A DNA stretch of 64,000 bases, from contig NC_027216.1 in NCBI RefSeq assembly GCF_000981445.1, positions 1,922,001 through 1,986,000 on the forward strand, read 5' to 3'. Below are positions 49,764-59,953 of the stretch, one piece after another. Numbering within the stretch: the first letter of the stretch is position 1; every line of letters begins with the position of its first letter. A program made the position numbers and the translations under genes. The notes beneath the pieces are model-generated. The model ran no database searches, was not told the DNA's origin, and worked only from the letters and a program-made list of their open reading frames with translations. This DNA is from Babesia bigemina. Lineage: Eukaryota.

Positions 49764-49892
49764 TTTCAAGCACCATTCTCTGTGTGTCTTTACGATGCAT
49801 AAGCCACAAGCCGTCAAGCAATAGCAAAAAAGGATGACGGCGACGGCGGCGATGATGTAAGGGGCGGGGGTTATGGTCACCTCGCTGCTCAT
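49764..49892 (-). pseudogene. Orphan TM-coding fragment of the Cys-rich family
   Basis: 30 nt at 49840-49869 are identical to 50047-50076 (PAPYIIAAVA). No Cys-rich domain upstream; short 43-aa frame. Confidence 0.5.
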
Positions 49893-49964
49893 GTGATTGA
49901 TCATCAATGCAATTATTAATTTGCGTAGAACATTAGATGTCAGTTGCCAGTTAGGTTATTGTGA

Positions 49965-50438
49965 TTAGCTGCGCAGTAGATACCGCACCCTGTGGAACGG
50001 CTTGATGCGGAAGTAGATCATGACGCAGATGACGACGATGATGAGTGCGACGGCGGCGATGATGTAAGGGGCGGGGTAGGAAGATGAGTGAGAGGTGCCG
50101 GTTGAAGGCTGTGCAGCGGAGTTTTGATGCTGAAGACTGCGGGCAGAGGAGGAACCTGAGGAAGTGTCGGCAGGGGAGGAAGAAGTAGAAAGATATTGAC
50201 TGTTGGAAGCACGAACATAGACAACGGGGCGTCTCAATTCACAACAGTAACACGCACATGTGTTGAAGTCACACCCTTTACATCCTGAAGGATGGCACGG
50301 AAATCCACTTCTGCGCGGCAGAATGAATTTGTGACACTGATAACAATAGGGTTTACATCCCTTACAACAGTAGCGACAGCAATAACAGTCCTTTGGCGTA
50401 CATCCATGTCCACACTTACAACTGTCCCAACCGCCCAT
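49965..50438 (-). CDS. Small Cys-rich single-TM protein (157 aa), cluster member 2
   Basis: CYCCRYCCKGC and CACYCC motifs, Ser-rich stalk, TM PYIIAAVALIIVVICVMIYF, basic tail. Confidence 0.8.
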   Translation of the reverse strand: MGGWDSCKCGHGCTPKDCYCCRYCCKGCKPYCYQCHKFILPRRSGFPCHPSGCKGCDFNTCACYCCELRRPVVYVRASNSQYLSTSSSPADTSSGSSSARSLQHQNSAAQPSTGTSHSSSYPAPYIIAAVALIIVVICVMIYFRIKPFHRVRYLLRS

Positions 50439-50450
50439 CTTCCCATGTCC

Positions 50451-50680
50451 CTCCCAGTCCCCTCAGCCTGCTAACATATATCAATCACTTAAGCAACGCA
50501 CTCAACAACCACTCATGAACACGAACCTATGCAAGCACTCACCAACCTACAACATAAACACGCACTTCACCCAGGACACTGAGCATCTACCATCGGCGCC
50601 ACGGTAGCAGCAAGATGATGACCGTCCAGTGCACCGCCACTCACATCACAACTATGCAGCTATCACAACTGAAGTACAAC
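50451..50680. repeat. 230-bp direct repeat, copy 1 (identical to 52060-52289)
   Basis: Base-by-base comparison shows identity at offset 1609. Looser similarity continues for several hundred bp. Confidence 0.95.
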
Positions 50681-51254
50681 TAAGCTAAAGCATGTTGATA
50701 CCATCCTGGCCGTGGCATGCAGGTCAACGGGCACCAGATGGGCAGTAAATTGCAACCATCACAGACCGTACAAAGTTGGCAGTGCCTAAGACTGCTGTAA
50801 CATTTCTGTCATAATGAGTGCCTAAGTGAACCACATTACTTAGTTATCGTGTTTCTCATTTGCGCTATTACCATCAATGTCACAACCCCGTCATCCATTG
50901 GCCATCACGTCACAACCCGGTGGATCCTATTGCTGTCATCTCAACTAGTAACCCTGCAATTACACAATTACTCATCTAGCATGGCACTCAGAAGCTGCCT
51001 ACTTAGGTGGCCAATAACCCAGCTTCACAGTGAGATGACGTAGCCACCTCTCACAAGTATCCAACGTGACAACGCATTGACGAAATTAAAGTCGACGTCA
51101 AGGTCATCAATCTGGTCAGGTGCTAGGTCACCTCACTGCTCCTCTGATTAGTCATCACCGCAATCATGACTCTGTCTAGCACATTAGATGTCAGCTGGCA
51201 GTTGCGTGATCAGTGGGATTTCATTACGATGTTTGCGCTGACAAATTGCTGAGC

Positions 51255-51818
51255 TCAGCTGTAAAACGCGATGCAGAAGGGTATCTTGCGTACGAGGAAA
51301 TCGCGGATGTTGCGGCCCACCGGAAAGCGGAAGATGCACAGGTCGAGCAGGATGATGGCGACGATGATGGCAACGATGACGGCGGCGATGGCTTGGGGGT
51401 CAGGGGGAGAAAGTGTGGAGGCTTCTGAATTACGGTTGTCAGTGTTACTTTCTTGATCGCTGGTGCCACGTTGTGCACTGGTCTCGGTTTCAACACTGGG
51501 GGAAGCAACGAGAGGCTGTGGAGCGGGAGCTTTGCAGACTTCAACTTCTTTATTTTTACATTTCCGTTTACAACAGTCACATTGACATCTGTTCTCTTTG
51601 CCTTTACATTGGACGTCACATATAGAATTCTTGCAGACGAAAGGCATCGAGCCTGTAGTGCGCTTAAAGTGATGATACCAACAATCATCGCACTTGTCGT
51701 AACCTTTATTACATTCCACACAACACCAGGGACAACAATTACAAGAGTACATACGTGTACACCCATAACCACACTGCTTACACAGATCACCTGGCTTCTT
51801 GACCCTCCCCCAACTCAT
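51255..51818 (-). CDS. Small Cys/Lys-rich single-TM protein (187 aa), cluster member 3
   Basis: CNCCPWCCVEC and CQCDCC motifs, S/T/P stalk, TM AIAAVIVAIIVAIILLDLCIF, tail RFPVGRNIRDFLVRK. Confidence 0.82.
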   Translation of the reverse strand: MSWGRVKKPGDLCKQCGYGCTRMYSCNCCPWCCVECNKGYDKCDDCWYHHFKRTTGSMPFVCKNSICDVQCKGKENRCQCDCCKRKCKNKEVEVCKAPAPQPLVASPSVETETSAQRGTSDQESNTDNRNSEASTLSPPDPQAIAAVIVAIIVAIILLDLCIFRFPVGRNIRDFLVRKIPFCIAFYS

Positions 51819-51824
51819 CTTCCC

Positions 51825-52115
51825 CTCCCAGTCCCCTCAACCTGCAAACTTATCAATCACCTAGCAACGCACTCACCAACTGCAACAGCTACCACTGTGG
51901 CTCCCAGTCCCCTCAACCTGCGAACATATCAATCACCTAAGCAACGCACTCACCAACTGCAACACGTACCACTGCCGCTGCCGCTCCCACTCCCCTCAAC
52001 CTGCGAACATATCAATCACTTAAGCAACGCACTCACCAACTTCAACACTACCACTGCCGCTCCCAGTCCCCTCAGCCTGCTAACATATATCAATCACTTA
52101 AGCAACGCACTCAAC
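51825..52115 (-). repeat. Tandem array of four 76-83 bp units, each an intron-like segment plus a mini-exon
   Basis: Minus-strand gtgagtgcgttgct...gcag at 51842-51876, 51918-51953 and 52001-52036, plus a variant at 52077-52115. Confidence 0.88.
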
Positions 52116-52289
52116 AACCACTCATGAACACGAACCTATGCAAGCACTCACCAACCTACAACATAAACACGCACTTCACCCAGGACACTGAGCATCTACC
52201 ATCGGCGCCACGGTAGCAGCAAGATGATGACCGTCCAGTGCACCGCCACTCACATCACAACTATGCAGCTATCACAACTGAAGTACAAC
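52060..52289. repeat. 230-bp direct repeat, copy 2 (identical to 50451-50680)
   Basis: Direct sequence comparison. Confidence 0.95.
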
Positions 52290-53077
52290 CAAGCGACAGC
52301 ATGTTGATACCATCCTCGCCGTGGCATGCGGGTTGACCGGTACCAGGCGACCAGTCAGCTTAATCCTTCATACAGTCCAACGTTGGGGGCGCCGACAACT
52401 GCTGTAACATTTGTGTCTTAATGAATGCCAAAATGATTCACATTACTTGATAAATCTGTTTATCATTTACCCTTTTGCCATCAGTGTCACGTAACCACGC
52501 CGTCCAGTGGTCACCACGTCACAGTCCCGGTTACGCTGAGTAGAGACGCAAGGGATAAGACCATGTCAACCACTCATATAAGACGAAATAAGTGACCTAA
52601 TGTGGTCGTAGTCAGCTGCCTAGGTTGATGACCAATAACCCAGTTTCACAGCACTGGCCACTTGAGATGCCGTAGACATCTCTCACAGGTAACGCACAAC
52701 TCAACATCCCAAACAACTAACATATTAATGCATAAACTACAGAGGCTGCCATATTGCTGAGCAGCTATTAGGTAATATATTTGGGTGAGTATTAGGTTAG
52801 GCGGTGGGTTGCTAGGTAGTGAGTTAGATAAGTGGTGGTGAGGTGGTCCATCAAGGTTGCAGGTAGGTGATCTTGGCAAGTTTGCCGACACGTGCTGCAG
52901 CGAGTAGTGATTGAGCGGCAATACGATGTGATGAGGGACTACGTAAATGCGATTTGATGTGGAGGAGATCGAGTCTCCAAATACATTAACCGTATTAGAA
53001 ATATATTATAAGAGTGCGTGTTAGGATTGCGAGTGATTTAACGTGGATTGTGACACGGCTACGTGTGCTATGCGGGC

Positions 53078-53428
53078 CTATGAGAGTCCCCTGTAGGAGC
53101 TCCGTTGAGATGTTGGGAGGATGTTGGACAGCTTTTGGGAGGTTATGTTGAGCAGACCGAAATAGTAGCATGAAACAACGGTAATGAAAACGATGAGTAT
53201 GGATATACAAATCCACGCATGTTTCTTTGGACAACACGTACATTCACAGAACCATTTATTCTTGCATCGCGGGCACGTCGAAGGATTGCATTTGTTTTCC
53301 CCAGTTATGCGGCTTTTGCACTGTGAACAACCATCTTTACTTATACATTTAGGACAACACCCGGCACAGCACGTACAACTCGATCCAGAGCAGGACTCGC
53401 TGCTGCTGTTACACTGACACTGCGACAT
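53078..53428 (-). CDS. Small Cys-rich single-TM protein (116 aa), cluster member 4
   Basis: CTCCAGCCPKC and CECTCC motifs; TM AWICISILIVFITVVSCYYFGLL. Confidence 0.78.
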   Translation of the reverse strand: MSQCQCNSSSESCSGSSCTCCAGCCPKCISKDGCSQCKSRITGENKCNPSTCPRCKNKWFCECTCCPKKHAWICISILIVFITVVSCYYFGLLNITSQKLSNILPTSQRSSYRGLS

Positions 53429-55624
53429 TATCCCCTTAGTGCTCTTTTCGTCGTCAACCTACAGGCATGAACCACGTATTTCAGCCAAGTACACTGCCGT
53501 CTCCCATCTGGGCTCCAACCAACCGAGTCACCGCCATCCAGTGCACCGCTTGTTACATCGATAAGATGCAGATAACGCCACCAAAATATTACCGAGTTGG
53601 CGCATGTGAATTGTATCCACCTGTGGCATGCAGGCCAACCAGCACCAGTTGGGCAGTTAAAACGCCCTCCATCAGACAACGCCACCTCTGTCACTGCCTA
53701 TAAGTGCCATGATGTTTGTGCGTTGGGAAGTGCCTCTGTGCACTACGGGCCATCTAGAGACATCACTATCAACCACCATGCTTACGACAAACTCCCTGTC
53801 ACCGTGTCACCCAGTAGCCACCCCGGCGGCTTGCCCTGGCGTCAGCCACCACCTAGACCATCAGTACCCAAGCCGTAGCCTATTAACAGATTTAATCGTT
53901 CGATAATACTGTCTTTCAGCGCAGTAGATAGGCCGCTCCTTAACCCAGGACATCAGTCGTGAGACGGCAAGATGGGCCGCCACGCACAACGCCCACCACC
54001 CACCCTGTCACACCGCCTTAGTCAGGTCCTCCGTGATCAATGAGCACATTCATCCTAAATATATCCGTGTGCATATCATAAGATTAAAATGCAATTCTGG
54101 CTTGTTTCTTTGATTGGCGTCCAAGTTGCTGATTGAAGTGCATAATGGTTTCGGCTGGGGGGGGTGAATTGCACCAGAAAGTTGCCTCGGTTTTCGAATA
54201 ATATCATTATTACATGACAAATGACTCATGGTTCAGATACCGTATACTGCTACCGGTGTATTTATGCGACGTTTAATTAAGTCACCCAATGGCTTCGTGT
54301 CATGTATATTGGGTACATTGGTCGGCCTTAGCCACTCATCAATTCTCATTGACTAGTTCAATCACCAATGTCTCACTGAGCTTAAACAACGCTGTGAGTG
54401 CCCTAATCATAGCGCAAAGGAATCGTGTTGGCGCCGCGTTTTCTCACTGTTGTGCCACGTTCCTTTTTGCTACGGTGATAACATCATTTTGATGGTGCCT
54501 AAACAATACGCAATGCAATAGGTTAGGAACACTTTTCTTAAGTTACCGCGACATGAATAAGACACTTCATGCGTCCTATGATAACGTATGCTTATGCGTC
54601 AGACGCTTTTAAATGCGCCCCAGGTGACCCCTAGTGGGTGGGTACGTCGGAAGGTTCAGAGGCAATGTAAAATGCAACACAGTTCATCGTGCTCGAAATA
54701 ATCTCGATACATGTGTTGAAAACACGAGTTTCTGCAGGTGCCCCCGAAGGAGTGGATATGGCCCTACTTGTGGAAAGAAAGTGGGAGGCCGGACAACATG
54801 GCCAACCCAGAGTCAAGGCCAGGGAATGATCCCCGCATTAGCCCGGGGGGAGAGGCTCACTACGACGTACCACGGAAGTCTGCTCTCCAACTCAGTACAC
54901 TCCGTCATGGAGGGAGAAACCAATTGCGACGCTATGGGGGCACGGGCAAGCTATGGTCTTGGGGACGGGCGTAAGAGTAGACCTCAAGATGGGACCAAAG
55001 GTGCCCAGTCATAAGGCATAATAGAGCATCAAAGTTATACTGGATGCAACTACCAATGCCATGACATTCTCCGGAGAAGGGAGGGTGGAGCAGGGTAAGC
55101 TGGGGAGAAGCGACATGCATCTCACCAGTTACAAGGCGCCCCTGTCTGGAAAGGATGCAAGTGGCTGAAAGGATTGGCGTGGAGCCGCGTTGTATCGTGG
55201 ACAGAGGCAGATCAACGAAGTGGTGGAATTGGCATTTGTCCAGGAGTATTTGTTAAGCTAACATGAATTCATAAGTGTTACGAAGGGCAGTGGAGGTTGG
55301 TATATAACATCGCATCTGTGCTGATAAGTGAGATTATGAAGCTTTGCCAGCACGTTGCCGATTAATAAGTATGTGCTTATACGCCTAGACAGGAGACGCT
55401 GGGCTACTGGGATGGACGTGCCACTTGATTATCAGCATGCGCCTTGCCACATGCTGTGAGATGGGATATTCATGTCATGGGAGCGTTGGGAGATGTTGGA
55501 ACATGGTTGCCCCAGCAAAAGGCGAATGGTAGCATAGGGCTGGGGTATGGTCATTGTGTGTCGTTTGTTGGCTGAGTGTTCGAGTTTTGAGGTATCTATT
55601 CATTGATTCGCAGGGTTTGTCAAA

Positions 55625-55924
55625 ATGGGTAGTGGTCAGTCGCTGGGGATAACGCCGTGTGAGTGTGAAACCGGCCAAACATGTAAACGCCAATCGTGCC
55701 AACAGTGCAAATACTGGTATTGCTTATGCGATTGTTGTGGTCGAAAGCTGGGGATTTACATTGGCGTCGCTTTTGCGGGCGCAATCGGCTTCTTCGGACT
55801 CTTTATTTTGGTCCTTTATATCTGCTCTAAAGTCTATAAGATGAGCTTTGGTACAGTAATCGACCAAATAGACCACGCTCTAACTGGCTACCAGCCATCA
55901 ACGTCAAAGTGTAACCTCCAATAA
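55625..55924 (+). CDS. Small Cys-rich single-TM protein (99 aa), cluster member 5, divergent orientation
   Basis: MGSGQS start; CKRQSCQQCKYWYCLCDCC; TM LGIYIGVAFAGAIGFFGLFILVLYIC. Confidence 0.75.
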   Translation: MGSGQSLGITPCECETGQTCKRQSCQQCKYWYCLCDCCGRKLGIYIGVAFAGAIGFFGLFILVLYICSKVYKMSFGTVIDQIDHALTGYQPSTSKCNLQ

Positions 55925-56846
55925 TCTGGCGGTATCACAGAGTCCACATAGCCTTACTGTAGCCATGTCACATCCAATGTAAATATTGGTGGTTCATCTT
56001 AGGAAGTCGGTTGCGCATACAGTACTTAGTACTGACGCAGTAATGCAACACAGATTATAAAGATTAAAGGTCAGTGATGGTGTAGCTACGCCAGTGTAGC
56101 CCCATTGTGCACGGATGTTGGGTGCACTCAGCCAATTTCGCATTTTGCCTCTTCATTCGTGGCTTAGTTACTCACTCCCTAACTTATACACCATAAATGT
56201 GATGTATAACGACGTAAAGTGTAGATATAAACACGTTGAGCCTAAGAGTAAGACAATATTGCCGTTTCTCCAAGGACCGTCTCAAACAGGTGGCTTCCTA
56301 TATCGAAGAATCATCCGACGCTTAATATGCAGATGTATCTAGCACGACTTTTAGCATTGTAATATACGTGCGGGTCATATCTCTCACGTCAATACTCGAT
56401 AGTAATGAGCACGATCATAATGCAAAGGGAGATAATAGCCGACCTGATAAACATATTACATTGTGTAAACGTATAAACTGCCCTGTCCCCGTTCCTATAT
56501 CCATCTATGTATGAAACAATTATTGCCTATTAAGTAGCTATGGTAATATATAGAGTGCAGAATGTTGTATAATTTTTTATAAATGCTGCTTCCATCCAAG
56601 TGGACTGCTGCACCATCCAAATTCAGCAATTTAAGCTTGCACCATTGTTATAAACTGCCTCATTTCCATAAACCGCGGAGGCGCATTGGTAATCTGCATA
56701 TCTTAGCGTAGCAACGAATGCATCATCCCGCCGAGCCACGCAACAACAGGAAATAGCGCCACTATGAAATATTAAGGCGTTAAATGGACAGCGAATGAAG
56801 TCGCTGCCCCAACAAAATATAGGATTTGCGCTATCGTGAGTTATTT

Positions 56847-59214
56847 TCACCCCATCGGCGAATTTGGTCTATGCTGTTTGCGCGTCCTCTCGCAGGCCGC
56901 CTCCCTCTGTAGGAAGTAGTTGCTGATTTTGTTGGGCGCCTGCCTCTGGAAATTCTGACCCGTCGAGAATATCGACATCTGCGATGCCACGCCGCTGTTG
57001 CTCAGGTAGCCGTTGCCATCCAGGGTCGCCTTGGACAGGTCCGCGACTTGGTTAGGCAAGTCTGACAGCCCTCGCGGCGCGAGCGTGAGCAGCAAATCGA
57101 ATATGCGACCGTGTTTTGTCCCATCGATTTTAAGCTCGCCGCACATGTCGTCAATGGTGTATGACGGGTTGCAGGCAACTTCATGGAGCAGCACGCGCTT
57201 TGCAAGGAAGTAGGCCACAGGCGGTAGTTGCAGGGCCTCGCAGAACTGCACCTCCTTCTCCTCCAAGAAATCCGATATTTTGATCTTGTTCACGTTGAGG
57301 TTGTTCAGTTCGTGGTCCACCTGCGGGTTCCTCAGCCTGCGCTCTATTCTCCGGCAGGGGTCATCCTGCCTCATCTGATCCTTGTACGTGTCTATCCTGT
57401 TCATCCGTTCCTCGTATTTCTGCTCAAGATGATTTTCATTGCATTGGTCACGTACGGCGATGTCTTCGATTTTCTCCAGACCCAGCGCCTTCCAAATCAT
57501 GAGTTGGAATAGACGGGTGCGCAGCTTTCTTTCCCTCACAAGCAGACGCACTGTGTGGTCATGTTCTTCCACCGTTTGGAATCTGAGGAATGGGCGCAAT
57601 ATGTTGTACAGTTCTTTTTCCTCTCCAGTGCAGCGGCGCTCCTTTTGCTGCATAGCCTTGGCGTCCAGTAGGCCCCTGCAAGAATGTGAAATGTGGAACA
57701 CAACGATTCCATATACGCAATAGGATGATGTATTAATCCCATCTTGGTAAATTATCCGGTGTTATTTCACACGGGCACATTGCCAACGAATTTTTATGGT
57801 TCCGCATACTTGGTAGGAATAATGTACTCACCTTGATATGATGATTTTTTTGCGATAGATGCGCTCATCCAGCTTGGAATTGTATATCTCTATGACCTTG
57901 AGTTTGAGCTCGATTTGCTCAGGTGTGTCCTCCGGTCTGAATTCCATGTCGGCCAGGATGAGTTCCGCGTCGTTGTCGTATTCGATGTCGAAATCGCCCC
58001 TAAGTGGCCAGTATCCGACTACTTGCGGCTTGTTCGCGGGTTTGGTTTGTGTCACTGCAGCGGGGTTTTCGTTTTTTTCGGGCGCATCCCTACCACTTGG
58101 TGGCTCCTCTTTGGGTGGCACCACCGTGCTGGGAGGCACTAGGACCGGCTCCCCGTTCGGACCGTGTATTATGCTTGTCATATCCTGCGCAATATCGCTC
58201 GGAGGAGTTGACACTTACCGGCAGTGGCGCTGTCGGCGAGTTCAGGTATATGTTGTAGTAGTGCTGCTGGCACTCCTCCCACGATTTGTATCCAACCGAG
58301 GTCATCGAGACCATCTCGCTGATTTCCTGCACCACATGAGTTTTGCATACACGCATGGTCCCATTACAGTTATATTATAAGACAGCATTTTGACACAGAG
58401 CGATCACTCCATTTATGAGCTGCTTTGCGCATCCAGTCGCCCCCATGCATGGCAGATGCTACAGAGATCCAGATCAATGCCACCGCACTCGAAACGTTCA
58501 AGCACGAAGTTGCATCATGTAACGCAAAAATCAGAGCAAATGGAAGCGACATAGTATGCCGCAGCTCATATTTGTTATGCAAACGCACCTGCCAGTTGCC
58601 AAGGCCATATTTCGCAATGCCGTCAATTAGCAAAATCTCCTGCTCCGCACTCCAGTCTGCGTATCAATGAAAGGCTTCCGGTGTGCGTTGTTGAGAACAC
58701 AACATTGTCAATAATGTTCATCGGATGAGACGCAAAGCATTGCACGGCCATTCTACACAATAAAAGGCGCTTGTGCCCTAATTAACATCCCAAATGGAGC
58801 AGTTTCCCCAAATTACAAACACTGTATCACACAATATACACAGCAATGATACGCATGGTGGGTGTTTTTACCTTTGGTGAAGAGTGCGAAGTCATTCGGT
58901 CCTACTGGGGTATATTTGTGGTAGTTTTTGTGCTCCTTGGCATCCTCATTCTCCGGGAGTTGAACGAAGGAACTGTTGTGAGCTTCCTCAGGCGGCTTCT
59001 CAAGCCCTTGGCTAAAACATTTCACGCAAGAGTTGAACGATTTGCATTCGGCACACTTGATGTGTCCCCGTCTGGAGCAAAGCCGCCCGCAAATGTTGCA
59101 CTGAACATACGGTCCCAAGGCCTTTAACGTCGTTCTAGGCAAGTCTTTCGGTTGCGTTTCGGCCGTTCGGCCCTTTCCCGCAAGGGGGAAGCCTCGCTTT
59201 GCCGGCGCGTCCAT
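56847..59214 (-). CDS. ADA2: Transcriptional adaptor ADA2 (multi-exon)
   Basis: ZZ finger CNIC...CAEC...CVKCFSQG...[50 protein letters not shown]-terminal SWIRM-like region. Confidence 0.92.
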
Positions 59215-59953
59215 GACAACTCTCTCACGCGGCCATTTTGGCGTCCCTGCTTAGCAATCACACTGCGTGCGCTTCCTCCAATATTTAGGAAGCAGTTGAG
59301 ATAAGGTCGTCTCGCGGCGCGGCTCCTTGCCAAGCTACCCAGGCGCTCGACTTTTGTAGTGTCGCGAGAATGCCGTATCTGGCTCCCCTGCCCAGGGTAC
59401 GCAGCTGTGTACTGTTTGTGTGATTTAACTGGCTATTATCGTGCCGTGTTAGTTATGTGAGCTAGCCCATACGGTCTTTAACTTTGTGTCGCTGCTCCCT
59501 CTCACACCGGTTACGTCATCGCGGCTCTTACGCCCTTGTATACTACAACTCCCGCAGTTTTTGTAATAAAGATATTGGTACCTTTTTAACACGTTAGTCA
59601 GCGCGTTACATCGAACATTTTTGATGCAATGGTCGTGGCTATGAATGGTACGATAGCCTAAGGACTCTTTGTTGTTATACGCTGAACAACGCGTATTAAC
59701 AAACGCATCAGCGCTGCTGGATGGGTATAGCATCGCGCATTTTTGGCGGATTTGCGCCGGGATCGAGCGGCAGTCGGTTGATGGTGTCCACCCTGTTAGC
59801 CCTGTACCGTAGCTACCCGCGATAGCCCATCGATTTCGAATAGATATCGTAAATTTTTAATCCACAAATAATTACACCGTGCGTGGATATGCTCGGTTTG
59901 CCAAATAGACTCTGCGGTATCCGGTTTGTTGGTTGCGTCTGTCTGACCTCGTG

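Noticed and set aside
51825..52115. CRISPR-like look (constant ~36 bp segment plus variable ~40 bp segment)
   Set aside because: The 'spacers' are homologous to each other, the constant part has splice signals, the context is eukaryotic, and there are no cas genes.
51224..52127. Overlapping ORFs 51224-51790 (-) and 51453-52127 (+)
   Set aside because: Alternative-frame and antisense by-products of member 3 and the repeat array.
54634..55150. Purine-rich stretch with short ORFs between members 4 and 5 (retroelement or ves remnant?)
   Set aside because: No recognisable RT, integrase or VESA motif; cannot be supported without a search.
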